64,000 bases of DNA from NCBI GenBank assembly GCA_039714255.1, contig JBDLJQ010000009.1, forward strand, positions 3,000 through 66,999. Reading direction: 5' to 3'. Of the stretch, positions 1-8,596 are shown in pieces. The notes under the pieces are model-generated. The model had not been told where the DNA came from. It saw only the letters and a list, made by a program, of their open reading frames with translations, and did no database searches. The DNA is from Acidobacteriota bacterium (GTDB lineage: Bacteria > Acidobacteriota > Aminicenantia > UBA2199). How positions within the stretch are numbered: position 1 is the stretch's first letter; each line of letters begins with the position of its first letter. The translations under genes and the position numbers were made by a program.

Positions 1-1255
1 AAATTCCATTATCCCAACATTCCATTATAAATGCTGTCATGGTTCCGAAAGAGATGGTATCAAGGCCATAGGTATCACAATAAAAATTTATCTCAAGGAT
101 AGTTGCAGCATCAAAAATACCGATATTTGACCCGCATCCTGCAACGGTTTCATATTCCGGGCCGTCAACTGTCACTTTTTCCCCTTTATACGGGCCGGTT
201 TTTAATTCAAAATGGTCTGCCGTTTTTGCACATGCCATTGTACATCCGAACCAGCAGCCATCGGGATAACCTTTTGTTAAGAAGTTATTATAAAAAACAT
301 CAGAAGCAATATTTTTTGTATCTTTATGGCTCCCATATTTATAATTATGAGTGGGCAGGAGGTCATATTCATCCATAATTTCGGTCAGATGCGCTGTTCC
401 TACCTGCCTCATACGGCATTGTTTGTCATCCAGTTCCAATATTTCTTTATGAAGTTTCAAACCAACTTTCTGAATTGTTTTCTGATCCACAGGGTTGTTT
501 GAATTTCCCTTCAACCCGGAAAATTTTACAACAAGGGCCTTTATCTTTTTGTCTCTGAATACAGTTCCGGTTCCGCCCCGGCCGGCCTGTTTAAGCCTGG
601 CAACCTGTCTCCTCTTATCAAAAAAAGAAAAATTAAGACACCCTATATAAGCAGTTTCCGATCCGGTCCCGGCACTTACTGAAGAAATATGCTGTTTCTC
701 CTTCTCGTTTTCAGCAAACATTTCAACCATCTGTTCAGCAAGGACATGGCTGTCAACAGCTTCATCAGGGGCTTCAAAGATCTGAATAATACCATTATTT
801 CCATCAATATATATTATTACTTCATTCTCTGCTTTTCCCTGAATCTCCATTGCATCAAATCCTGAAAACTTCAGGTAGGGGCCAAAATATCCCCCCACAT
901 TACTGTCAATGGGAATGTTTGTCATCGGGGATATTGATGTAACTATCGATTTTCCGGATCCGGCATAGTTGGTATTTCCTCCTATTGGGCCCATTCCGAT
1001 ATTTATCTCATTTTCAGGGGAATTCCATTTTGTATTTTCGTTAACCGCATCCCAGAGTAATTTAAGGCCGAATCCCTTTCCTCCGGTAAATTTTTCTTTC
1101 ATCTCTTCAGATACAGGTTTTTCCTTAATGTCATTGGTTGAAATATTTACATAGAGGGTCCTGTTTGTATAACCTTTTTCTACCGGCTTTATCTCATAAT
1201 TAAACTCTTTTAATAACTTATGCTTTGATTTTAGTTTTTCTATATCATATTTCAT
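1..1255 (-). CDS. aor: Aldehyde:ferredoxin oxidoreductase (tungsten-containing AOR family), N-terminal about 418 aa; the gene continues past the window start
   Basis: Minus-strand frame is open from the ATG at 1255..1253 to position 1. The translation, read from the start at 1255 down to position 1, contains MKYDIEKLK...GGKGFGLKLLWDAVNENTKWNSPENEINIGMGPIGG...GGYFGPYLKFSGFDAMEIQGKAE...GPEYETVAGCGSNIGIFDAATILEINFYCDTYGLDTISFGT, matching the AOR N-terminal and central-domain motifs. GGAGG lies 6 nt upstream. It is not in the ORF track because no stop falls inside the window. Confidence 0.8.
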   Translation of the reverse strand, partial: MKYDIEKLKSKHKLLKEFNYEIKPVEKGYTNRTLYVNISTNDIKEKPVSEEMKEKFTGGKGFGLKLLWDAVNENTKWNSPENEINIGMGPIGGNTNYAGSGKSIVTSISPMTNIPIDSNVGGYFGPYLKFSGFDAMEIQGKAENEVIIYIDGNNGIIQIFEAPDEAVDSHVLAEQMVEMFAENEKEKQHISSVSAGTGSETAYIGCLNFSFFDKRRQVARLKQAGRGGTGTVFRDKKIKALVVKFSGLKGNSNNPVDQKTIQKVGLKLHKEILELDDKQCRMRQVGTAHLTEIMDEYDLLPTHNYKYGSHKDTKNIASDVFYNNFLTKGYPDGCWFGCTMACAKTADHFELKTGPYKGEKVTVDGPEYETVAGCGSNIGIFDAATILEINFYCDTYGLDTISFGTMTAFIMECWDNGI

Positions 1256-1256
1256 A

Positions 1257-1646
1257 TTAATCCTCCGTAACTATTTCCAGGGCATCCGCCGGACACTCCC
1301 TCGCACAGGCCCCGCATGCAATACATTTAAAAGGGACAATACCTTCCAGGTGTGTTCTCATATTATCGGTAGGGCAGATAGCCACACAGGCATAACACCC
1401 GATACATAAATTTTTGTTAACCATTACAACACCGAATTTGTTAACGGTCAGAGCTAGTGTAGGACATTCCGCTACACAGGTCTGGCACTGGTTACATACA
1501 CTGAGGTCAAAATTATCATTGTCTTTATCGTAAACTTCAATGCACGATTTTTCGGGTGAGACCTCTTTGAAGTAAAGGTTTGAACAAACATCAACGCAGG
1601 TCATACATCCTATACATTTCTCCGGATAGGTTTTTAAATACTTCAT
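1257..1646 (-). CDS. Polyferredoxin, 129 aa with four CxxCxxCxxxCP [4Fe-4S] cluster motifs; likely the electron-transfer partner of AOR
   Basis: Four CxxCxxCxxxCP motifs (CIGCMTCVDVCS, CNQCQTCVAECP, CIGCYACVAICP, CIACGACARECP). Its stop sits 1 nt from the AOR start (TAAtATG), so the two genes are translationally coupled. Confidence 0.8.
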   Translation of the reverse strand: MKYLKTYPEKCIGCMTCVDVCSNLYFKEVSPEKSCIEVYDKDNDNFDLSVCNQCQTCVAECPTLALTVNKFGVVMVNKNLCIGCYACVAICPTDNMRTHLEGIVPFKCIACGACARECPADALEIVTED

Positions 1647-1649
1647 TTT

Positions 1650-1820
1650 TTAATTATTCTCCTCTTTAGTGATAATAATTTCTACTTTATTCATATCTTC
1701 CGGAAGTTTATCAAGTGACCCGATCAGGCCCTTAATAACTTTAATAAAAATTTTTTGTACAAAATGGTTAAGGGGAACCTTTTTTTCATCAATTTTCAAT
1801 AAGATATTGTCTTCCATTTA
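1650..1820 (-). CDS. Small ORF of 56 aa (MEDNILLKIDEKKVPLNHFVQKIFIKVIKGLIGSLDKLPEDMNKVEIIITKEENN), first gene of the sORF-ferredoxin-AOR operon; function unknown
   Basis: Read by hand. The ATG at 1820..1818 is preceded by a perfect AGGAGG with 5-nt spacing. The stop TAA at 1652..1650 lies 3 nt before the ferredoxin ATG, and the ferredoxin RBS (AGAGGAG) is embedded in the last codons of this ORF. It is below the 60-aa cutoff of the ORF track. Confidence 0.4.
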
Positions 1821-1981
1821 AACCTCCTGAATAATTGACTATAAATAAAGACCGCGAAGGGTTGTTTCCCGCATCCCGGATATATCGTTAAACAGAAAAC
1901 CGATAAGTCCCTTCATCCGAGAATATTATTATATATTCCCATATTAGTCAACAGAGAAAATGAAATTTCGGGAAAGGAAAA

Positions 1982-1997
1982 ACAGGGTATACCCTGT
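1982..1997. repeat. Perfect 16-bp palindrome ACAGGGTATACCCTGT, 19 nt downstream of the relE stop
   Basis: Read directly. It could be an operator, a terminator or a REP-like element. Confidence 0.45.
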
Positions 1998-2015
1998 CCC
2001 TGCATTAATATTAAT

Positions 2016-2282
2016 TTATTCCTGTTTATAAACTTTTTTTCTATGATCTAGCGTCATTATGGAAATCTCTTTTTCCTGCTTATCTATCACATATAAAATC
2101 CGGTAATCACCAAACCGGTATCTGTACATTCCTTTGAACATCCCTTTTAAAGGTTTTCCCATGGATAAAGGATCCTTAACAAGGTAATTTTTTATTTTTT
2201 CCACTATCCGTTTTGCATGATCTTTATCAAGTTTCTTCAGGTCGGCAACAGCCTTGTCATGCCACCTGATACTATAATCCAA
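2016..2282 (-). CDS. Type II toxin, RelE/ParE family (88 aa)
   Basis: Small basic protein with the RelE-like C-terminal region (YRYRFGDYRILYVIDKQEKEISIMTLDHRKKVY). It overlaps the upstream antitoxin gene by 11 nt. Confidence 0.7.
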   Translation of the reverse strand: MDYSIRWHDKAVADLKKLDKDHAKRIVEKIKNYLVKDPLSMGKPLKGMFKGMYRYRFGDYRILYVIDKQEKEISIMTLDHRKKVYKQE

Positions 2283-2487
2283 GTTCTTTCTCTACCTCTT
2301 CAGTTGTCAGATATTTTGAATTTTTATCATTCAGCCTTTCAAGGGCACGATATCCATCCTCATAATCTTCAATATTTTCCTCTATTAATTGTTTTATGAA
2401 CGAACTTTTAGTTCTCCTTGTTTTTTTTGAAAGCTCTTCCAGTTTTTTAAATAATTCATCCGGCAGCCTTACACTTAATGTGGACAT
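2272..2487 (-). CDS. Ribbon-helix-helix (CopG/RelB-like) antitoxin of about 71 aa
   Basis: MSTLSVRLPDELFKKLEELSKKTRRTKSSFIKQLIEEN is a typical RHH N-terminus. The start was moved to the internal ATG at 2487, which is preceded by AGGAG; the listed ORF start at 2517 has no RBS. Confidence 0.65.
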   Translation of the reverse strand: MSTLSVRLPDELFKKLEELSKKTRRTKSSFIKQLIEENIEDYEDGYRALERLNDKNSKYLTTEEVEKELGL

Positions 2488-2623
2488 AACATTTCTCCTG
2501 TAATAATTGTAATACAAATATTACAAAACTTCAACTTTTTTCTATAAAACTATCGCATTTTATTATCAAATTTTTCTTTGTTTTGTCTGGGTCATTTATA
2601 TTTTGATCATTCGTGCTTACCCA

Positions 2624-2671
2624 CCCTGTGAAATTTTTCTTGTATTTTAAAGAAAACTTTATTTCACAGGG
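2624..2671. repeat. Long palindrome: 11-bp arms CCCTGTGAAAT / ATTTCACAGGG enclosing an inner 7-bp inverted repeat (TTTTCTT / AAGAAAA), extended by outer TTCG / CGAA. It lies in the divergent intergenic region between the antitoxin and the AAA ATPase.
   Basis: Read directly from the sequence at 2610-2684. It shares the core ACAGGGTA / TACCCTGT with the palindrome at 1982-1997 on the other side of the toxin-antitoxin pair. Confidence 0.5.
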
Positions 2672-2859
2672 TAAATGCTTCGAAATTCAGATTTAGAATT
2701 TATATATCCGGCTGGAGCTGTGGGCTGAATGTAAGAAATAATTATTATATATCTTTAAAAGAAATTTTGATATTTTTTTACCCGGACCGGATTCGACAAT
2801 ATTTCATAACATTGGAAAAAAGTCTTGACTTTTTTCCATTATAGTGATAAATAGTCAGC

Positions 2860-3987
2860 ATGAAAAGATATTTGCATGAACAGATCATAAAAGATCTGAA
2901 AAAAAAGATGGTATTCATAACAGGCCCGAGACAGGTGGGAAAAACCTTTCTTTCCAAACAGATAATGAATGAGTATGAACATGCCCAGTATCTGAATTTT
3001 GATGATATTAATGGCCGTAATATTATTAACCACCATAACTGGAAACAGAATGCTGATCTGCTCGTCTTTGATGAAATCCACAAAATGAAGGGGTGGAAAA
3101 ATTATTTAAAGGGTGTTTATGATACAAAAAACACGGAACAGTCCATACTTGTCACAGGAAGTGCCAGACTTGATATGATAAGAAAGAGCGGCGATTCAAT
3201 GGCAGGAAGATATCTTCATTTGAGACTAAATCCACTGTCTGTAAAAGAAATATCTGATTCCGGCTCTGCTTATTCAAATCTGGATAAATTAAATCAATTA
3301 GGCCCTTTCCCCGAACCTTTTCTTTCAGGTTCCGAAATTGAAGCCTCAAGGTGGAGGAACCAGTATTTTACAAACATAATAAGGGAAGATATTTTAGATT
3401 TCAGTCGAATAAATGAAATTCATACTATGAAATTGCTGCTCCAAATGCTACGGGAGAGAGTGGGATCCCCACTATCTGTAAATTCTCTGGCAGAGGACTT
3501 ACAGGTTTCTCCTACAACTGTTCAAAAGTACATTCAAATACTTGAAAACCTTTATATAGTTTTTCTGATACGCCCATATCATAAACTTATTTATCGTTCT
3601 ATAAAAAAATCACCAAAATTATATTTTTATGACACAGGATATGTAAAGGGAGATGAAGGGATAAAACTGGAGAATACCTGTGCTGTGAACCTGATAAAGC
3701 ATGTTCAATATTTGTATGATGTAAAGGGAACAGACATTGAACTCAACTATATACGAACAAAGGAAAAAAAAGAAATAGATTTTGTAATTGTTAAGGAAGG
3801 CAAACCGGAAACCTTTTTAGAAGTAAAACTGTCCCATTTTAAACAAAACAGTAACTTATTTTATTTTTCAGAAAAATTTCCCGATACACTTAAAATACAA
3901 TTAGTTCATAATCTGAGGACAGAGTTTGACAATAAAGGGATAAAATTCCGTAAGGCCGGTGAATGGCTTAAAGGATTATCTGCCTGA
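2860..3987 (+). CDS. AAA-family ATPase with a DUF4143-like C-terminal domain (375 aa)
   Basis: Walker A in MVFITGPRQVGKTF and Walker B in LLVFDEIH. The length and architecture are typical of PF13173 + PF13635 proteins of unknown function. A possible TTGACT-17-TAAATA promoter lies at 2824-2852. Confidence 0.65.
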   Translation: MKRYLHEQIIKDLKKKMVFITGPRQVGKTFLSKQIMNEYEHAQYLNFDDINGRNIINHHNWKQNADLLVFDEIHKMKGWKNYLKGVYDTKNTEQSILVTGSARLDMIRKSGDSMAGRYLHLRLNPLSVKEISDSGSAYSNLDKLNQLGPFPEPFLSGSEIEASRWRNQYFTNIIREDILDFSRINEIHTMKLLLQMLRERVGSPLSVNSLAEDLQVSPTTVQKYIQILENLYIVFLIRPYHKLIYRSIKKSPKLYFYDTGYVKGDEGIKLENTCAVNLIKHVQYLYDVKGTDIELNYIRTKEKKEIDFVIVKEGKPETFLEVKLSHFKQNSNLFYFSEKFPDTLKIQLVHNLRTEFDNKGIKFRKAGEWLKGLSA

Positions 3988-3994
3988 TCCCCGA

Positions 3995-4681
3995 TTATTT
4001 TAAAGGCAGTACTGAAACATCTGATAAAACCCATTTTCTGGAAATTTCATATGGGACCCTGTTGCCGGAACCGGGAATATAGTTTTTATATTCACTATCT
4101 ATCTTCAGATTTATCACCATTACATGCTTTTCGAGAAATAACAGTTCTCCTTCATAGAACAGGGAAAAATCTATCATATACTTGCAGCCCCACTTCTCTC
4201 CTTTCCGATCAGTTGTGATCTTTTCCCACTCAAAATTATCTTCATAGTCCATAGTTACATAATAGGCACCTTTTGGTACCAGAAGAGAGTTAACTTTATA
4301 ATTAGAAAGAGTAACATTCATATCATGAATTTTCTCCATTCTATCCTGGCTATAGAATTCGATATTCAGGTCAACTTCTCTATATTTTTCTCTCTCCGCT
4401 CCTTTTAAAATAACGCTTAAAGTTACAAATTTCAGCGGGATATCTTCATCTTCATTAAATTCTACTATCTCATCTTCTTCAAAGGCTTCAGGATCTTCAT
4501 TTTTTTCTTCCGGCATAAGTTCCGGTTTTGAAGAACTTTTCATTTTTTCAGATTTATTTTGGTTCGAAATATTTCTGTTATCTGTATTGTCTCCATTACA
4601 GCTTTGAAAAGTCATTATAATTAAAAATAAAAAGAATAAAACTGTAATATTTGCATGAATCATATTATATTTTTTTTTCAT
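3995..4681 (-). CDS. Hypothetical lipoprotein or secreted protein (228 aa) with an acidic low-complexity linker
   Basis: N-terminal hydrophobic segment ending in a Cys (TFQSC), then a Glu/Asp-rich stretch, then a β-rich domain. Only 47 nt separate it from the upstream epimerase gene, so the two are probably co-transcribed. Confidence 0.4.
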   Translation of the reverse strand: MKKKYNMIHANITVLFFLFLIIMTFQSCNGDNTDNRNISNQNKSEKMKSSSKPELMPEEKNEDPEAFEEDEIVEFNEDEDIPLKFVTLSVILKGAEREKYREVDLNIEFYSQDRMEKIHDMNVTLSNYKVNSLLVPKGAYYVTMDYEDNFEWEKITTDRKGEKWGCKYMIDFSLFYEGELLFLEKHVMVINLKIDSEYKNYIPGSGNRVPYEISRKWVLSDVSVLPLK

Positions 4682-4728
4682 AAGTTTCCTCTAGTCTTCC
4701 CGGATTCTTTTTCAATAATATCCTCAGT

Positions 4729-5694
4729 TTATGATCTTGCTTTTTTTACCTGCTCTTCAACCCATGGATATGTCCGTTTTATCCCTTCTTCAAGGTTAAA
4801 GCGTGATTTCCAGCCGGTTGTATATATTTTGTCGTTACTGAAATTACGGGATAACACACCAACCGGGCCGTCAATACTTTTTATTTTAATATTTTTCCCG
4901 GCAACTTTAGCAACTATTTCGACCAACTCTCTTACATTGTAATATTCCGGGCTGCCGATATTAACAGGAGTAGAAATATCTGATTGCATCAAACGATAAA
5001 TGCCATCTGTCATATCGTCAATATAGGTATATGAACGAATGGCGGTTCCATCTCCCCATATTTCAACAATTCCTCCATCTTCAGCTTCGGCAACTTTACG
5101 GCTGATGGCAGCAGGAGCTTTTTCTCTTCCACCTGTCCATGTGCCTTCCGGCCCATAGCAGTTTTGAAAACGTGCAATTCTTACTTTCATTTCTGAGTGT
5201 CTGGCATAGGCCATGGCAATACGCTCTGAGTAGAGCTTTTCCCAGCCATATTCATTATCCGGATTTGCAGGGATCGCATCATCTTCTGTCATCTCCGGCT
5301 CACCCTGAACCATGTCGCGATATATACATACGGATGAGGAGAAGAAGTACCGTTTTACACCCTTATTTGCCGCAGCATGTGTCATATATACATTTATCAG
5401 AACACTGTTGTGCATAATTTCACACTCTGCCGTATGGATAAAACCCATGCCTCCCATATCAGCAGCCAGCTGATAAACTTCATCAAAACTTCCATTTCCC
5501 AGTGTTAATGCTTTATCACAATTTTCTTTTTCGCGAAGGTCCAGCACCATAAACTCATCTGCTTCAGAAGGGTTGAACTCATGCTCTTTCTGATCAACAC
5601 CACGTACCCAGTAACCCTCTTTTTTTAATCTTTTAACCAGGTGGCCTGCAATAAATCCACCCGCTCCACAAACCAGTGCTTTTTTCAAAATCAA
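4729..5694 (-). CDS. NAD-dependent epimerase/dehydratase; its closest resemblance is to GDP-mannose 3,5-epimerase (GME)
   Basis: GAGGFIAGHLVKRL Rossmann motif. LAADMGGMGFI, YGPEGTWTGGREKAPAA and YGWEKL are near-identical to the signature blocks of plant and bacterial GDP-mannose 3,5-epimerases. Length 321 aa. Confidence 0.6.
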   Translation of the reverse strand: MILKKALVCGAGGFIAGHLVKRLKKEGYWVRGVDQKEHEFNPSEADEFMVLDLREKENCDKALTLGNGSFDEVYQLAADMGGMGFIHTAECEIMHNSVLINVYMTHAAANKGVKRYFFSSSVCIYRDMVQGEPEMTEDDAIPANPDNEYGWEKLYSERIAMAYARHSEMKVRIARFQNCYGPEGTWTGGREKAPAAISRKVAEAEDGGIVEIWGDGTAIRSYTYIDDMTDGIYRLMQSDISTPVNIGSPEYYNVRELVEIVAKVAGKNIKIKSIDGPVGVLSRNFSNDKIYTTGWKSRFNLEEGIKRTYPWVEEQVKKARS

Positions 5695-5910
5695 CCTCCT
5701 TTGAATAAATTTAAATTTTCATCATTAATACATTTTAATCTCTTCTTTCTGAAAATCAGTATCATTATATATTTTTATAAAAACTTTTTAAAATTTTTGT
5801 GATTTTCCGGTATTAATCAAAAAATCTATAAATTTGAATATTTATATAGTTAAAAATTGATTTGTAAGTAATATTTTAATATAATGTCTCCTTAAATTTG
5901 AGAGGAAAAC

Positions 5911-7551
5911 ATGGACTTCAAAGAAAAACTAAACGATATGCTGTCAAAGGCAAAAACATCAGTAGATATTCCCAGAAAGGAACTTATCAGGGAATCTGTT
6001 TCAAAAAAGGAAGCTTTTGTAAGCAGCAACGGTGCACTTGCAGTGATCACCGAACCAGCGTCAACCGGAAGGAGCCCGAAAGACACCTATATTGTAAAGA
6101 GAAGAGAAATTGAAAATGAGATAGACTGGGATTCCCCAAACAGCAGGGCCCTCTCACCTGAGGTTTTTGAAGCATTGCTTGAAGATGCACTGGAAGTGTT
6201 GAAGAGGAAGGATAAAGTCTATGTAACAAACAGGGTAGTTGGTGCAGACAGTTCATACGCACTCCCGGTAAAAACCATAACTGATAAGGCAGTTGCACAG
6301 GTATTTGCAGATAATATGTTCAGGCCTGTACCCGATGATATTGAGAAGAGTGTTTTCAACAACGGCGGATTTACATTGATAGCCCTCCCCGCTGACAAAG
6401 TGGATTCAAAGAAATACCTTAACCTCTTCCCCAACGGGGATAACCTGAGAGACTCAGGGCTGATAGTGGCCATGGATTTTGTGAAAGGTATCGGCCTGGT
6501 TTACGGATCAGCTTACCTGGGTTCTATGAAAAAACTGATATTTACAGTGATGAACTACCTCCTCCCCGGAGTGGGTATACTCCCCCTTCACGCTTCGGCC
6601 AACGAAGGGAATTCAAATTCATCCGCTTTACTGCTTGGGTTGTCGGGGACAGGGAAGACCACACTCTCCGCAGACCCGGAGAGAGCTCTTCTGGGTGATG
6701 ATGAACACGGGTGGAACGATGATGGGATAGCTAACTTTGAAAATGGTTGTTATGCCAAACTAATTGATCTTGACCCTGAGAAGGAACCGGAAATATATGA
6801 CGCCATAATGCATGAGGGAGATTATCTTGAACACGGCTCCATTGTGGAGAATGCCATGATGTTCCCCGACGGCACCTTCGATTTTTACGACACCAGACTC
6901 ACTCAGAACTCCAGGGGTTCTTACCCGCTCAGTTTCCTCCCCCACATAAAAAAATCATCTGTTTCAAGCCATCCGAAGACCATACTATTCCTTACAGCCG
7001 ACGCAAATGGAGTTCTTCCACCTGTGGCAAAACTTGATGAAAATCAGGCTATGTTATGGTTTCTTATGGGTTATACAAGCAAACTTGCAGGCACCGAAAC
7101 AGGGATCATTGATCCGGTGTCCACATTCTCAAGGTTTTTCGGTGAGCCCTTTATGCCCAGGAACCCTGAGGTTTATGCATCTATGCTGGGTGAAAAGATG
7201 AAGAAGCACAACACCAAGGTTTTCCTGGTAAATACCGGATGGACAGGCGGCCCCTACGGCATTGGAAAGAGGATGGATATAAACGTAACCAGGTCCATTG
7301 TCAATGGTGCTCTGGAAGGGATTCTGAACAAAGTGGAATATCTTGAGGATGAATTGTTCCACATCAATGTACCTTTGAAATGTCCGAAGTTCGGACCAGA
7401 AATTCTCCATCCTGAGAAAACCTGGAAAGACAAGGATGCCTTCCGAAAGAGAGCGGAAAAGCTGGCCTCTGAATTCAGCGACCATTTTGATAAAGTTTAC
7501 GGGAACAAGAACATTTCACCCGAGATCGTCAGGAACTGCCCCGGGAAATAG
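5911..7551 (+). CDS. pckA: Phosphoenolpyruvate carboxykinase (ATP)
   Basis: 546 aa with the kinase-1a loop GLSGTGKTTLS and conserved PckA blocks (FNFENGCYAK, HPxKTWKDK). RBS GAGAGGA. Confidence 0.85.
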   Translation: MDFKEKLNDMLSKAKTSVDIPRKELIRESVSKKEAFVSSNGALAVITEPASTGRSPKDTYIVKRREIENEIDWDSPNSRALSPEVFEALLEDALEVLKRKDKVYVTNRVVGADSSYALPVKTITDKAVAQVFADNMFRPVPDDIEKSVFNNGGFTLIALPADKVDSKKYLNLFPNGDNLRDSGLIVAMDFVKGIGLVYGSAYLGSMKKLIFTVMNYLLPGVGILPLHASANEGNSNSSALLLGLSGTGKTTLSADPERALLGDDEHGWNDDGIANFENGCYAKLIDLDPEKEPEIYDAIMHEGDYLEHGSIVENAMMFPDGTFDFYDTRLTQNSRGSYPLSFLPHIKKSSVSSHPKTILFLTADANGVLPPVAKLDENQAMLWFLMGYTSKLAGTETGIIDPVSTFSRFFGEPFMPRNPEVYASMLGEKMKKHNTKVFLVNTGWTGGPYGIGKRMDINVTRSIVNGALEGILNKVEYLEDELFHINVPLKCPKFGPEILHPEKTWKDKDAFRKRAEKLASEFSDHFDKVYGNKNISPEIVRNCPGK

Positions 7552-7552
7552 A

Positions 7553-8578
7553 TCAGGTTATAAACCTGCTCCTTGAGTAGGAATTTATTTTTTTATCAAA
7601 ATAATTGTTCTCCGGATAAAAAGAAAATAGTTCATATCCGAGCCACCCGACCATCGAAGCATTATCAGTACAATATTTATCTGCGGGGAAAAAAACATCA
7701 ATATTTTTCGGGCCGAAAGACCCTGAGAGTTTTTTCCTCAGGAGAGAATTTCTACTGACACCACCTGCCACAATAATGCTTTTGGGATCATACCTTTTCA
7801 CTGCATCATCTAACTTCAGGATAAGATAATCGGTCACTGAATTTAAAAATGAAGATATCAGGCCGTAAAAATCATCGCTCTCATTTTTTATAGAGCCGGA
7901 CCTGTATGTTCTTAGAACTGCAGCTTTATAACCGGAAAAGGAAAAATCATCCGATCCGTCACTCATTCTGGGGAAAGTAAAATTATATCTGTTTTTATCC
8001 CCTTTTTCATATAATCTGTCAAGGACAGGCCCTCCCGGATAACCGAGTCCCATAAATTTTGACACTTTGTCCATCACTTCTCCCACCGCATCATCCCTTG
8101 TTGATGCAAACAGGGTAATATCAAATTTTGATCTGAGATAAAAGATAGAAGTATGGCCGCCTGAAACCACAAGGGCAACCAGAGGATATTCAATTGAATT
8201 CATATTGGTGATAAATGGGGACTCTATATGGGCATGGATATGGTCAACACCCACAAGAGGGATATTGTTTGAAAAAGAGAGGCCTTTGGCAAATGCAAGG
8301 CCGATAAGCAGCGATCCTATCAATCCGGGCCCCTGGGTAACAGCTATCAATCCGATATCATTAATTGTCTTATCCGCATCCTGTAAAAGATCATAAGTTA
8401 GGTTATCAATTACTTCCAGGTGGCTTCTGGATGCGATCTCCGGGACTATACCTCCATATTTTTTATGGAGGGGTATCTGGGATTTGATCTTTTCATCAAT
8501 TATCCGGTCTCTTTTTCCCCGTTCAACCAGCGAAACAGCTGTTTCATCACAGGATGATTCAATACCTAAAACAAACAT
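7553..8578 (-). CDS. tsaD: tRNA N6-adenosine threonylcarbamoyltransferase TsaD (Kae1/Gcp family)
   Basis: GIESSCDETAVSLV N-terminus, two His metal ligands (HIHAH), 341 aa. Confidence 0.8.
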   Translation of the reverse strand: MFVLGIESSCDETAVSLVERGKRDRIIDEKIKSQIPLHKKYGGIVPEIASRSHLEVIDNLTYDLLQDADKTINDIGLIAVTQGPGLIGSLLIGLAFAKGLSFSNNIPLVGVDHIHAHIESPFITNMNSIEYPLVALVVSGGHTSIFYLRSKFDITLFASTRDDAVGEVMDKVSKFMGLGYPGGPVLDRLYEKGDKNRYNFTFPRMSDGSDDFSFSGYKAAVLRTYRSGSIKNESDDFYGLISSFLNSVTDYLILKLDDAVKRYDPKSIIVAGGVSRNSLLRKKLSGSFGPKNIDVFFPADKYCTDNASMVGWLGYELFSFYPENNYFDKKINSYSRSRFIT

Positions 8579-8596
8579 TTATCCATATTAACAAAT

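Noticed and set aside
103-1154. Plus-strand ORFs 103..378 and 969..1154 listed in the ORF track
   Set aside because: They lie antisense inside the clearly AOR-like minus-strand frame. They have no RBS and low-complexity translations.
2824-2852. TTGACT-17-TAAATA as the promoter of the AAA ATPase
   Set aside because: The -10 element would end only 7 nt before the ATG (a leaderless-like arrangement), and an alternative TATAGT has the wrong spacing. It is noted in the feature evidence only.
2778-3349. Minus-strand ORFs 2778..3083, 2839..3081 and 3152..3349 overlapping the AAA ATPase gene
   Set aside because: They are antisense shadows of the plus-strand ATPase gene, which has Walker motifs and an RBS. 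Their translations are low-complexity.
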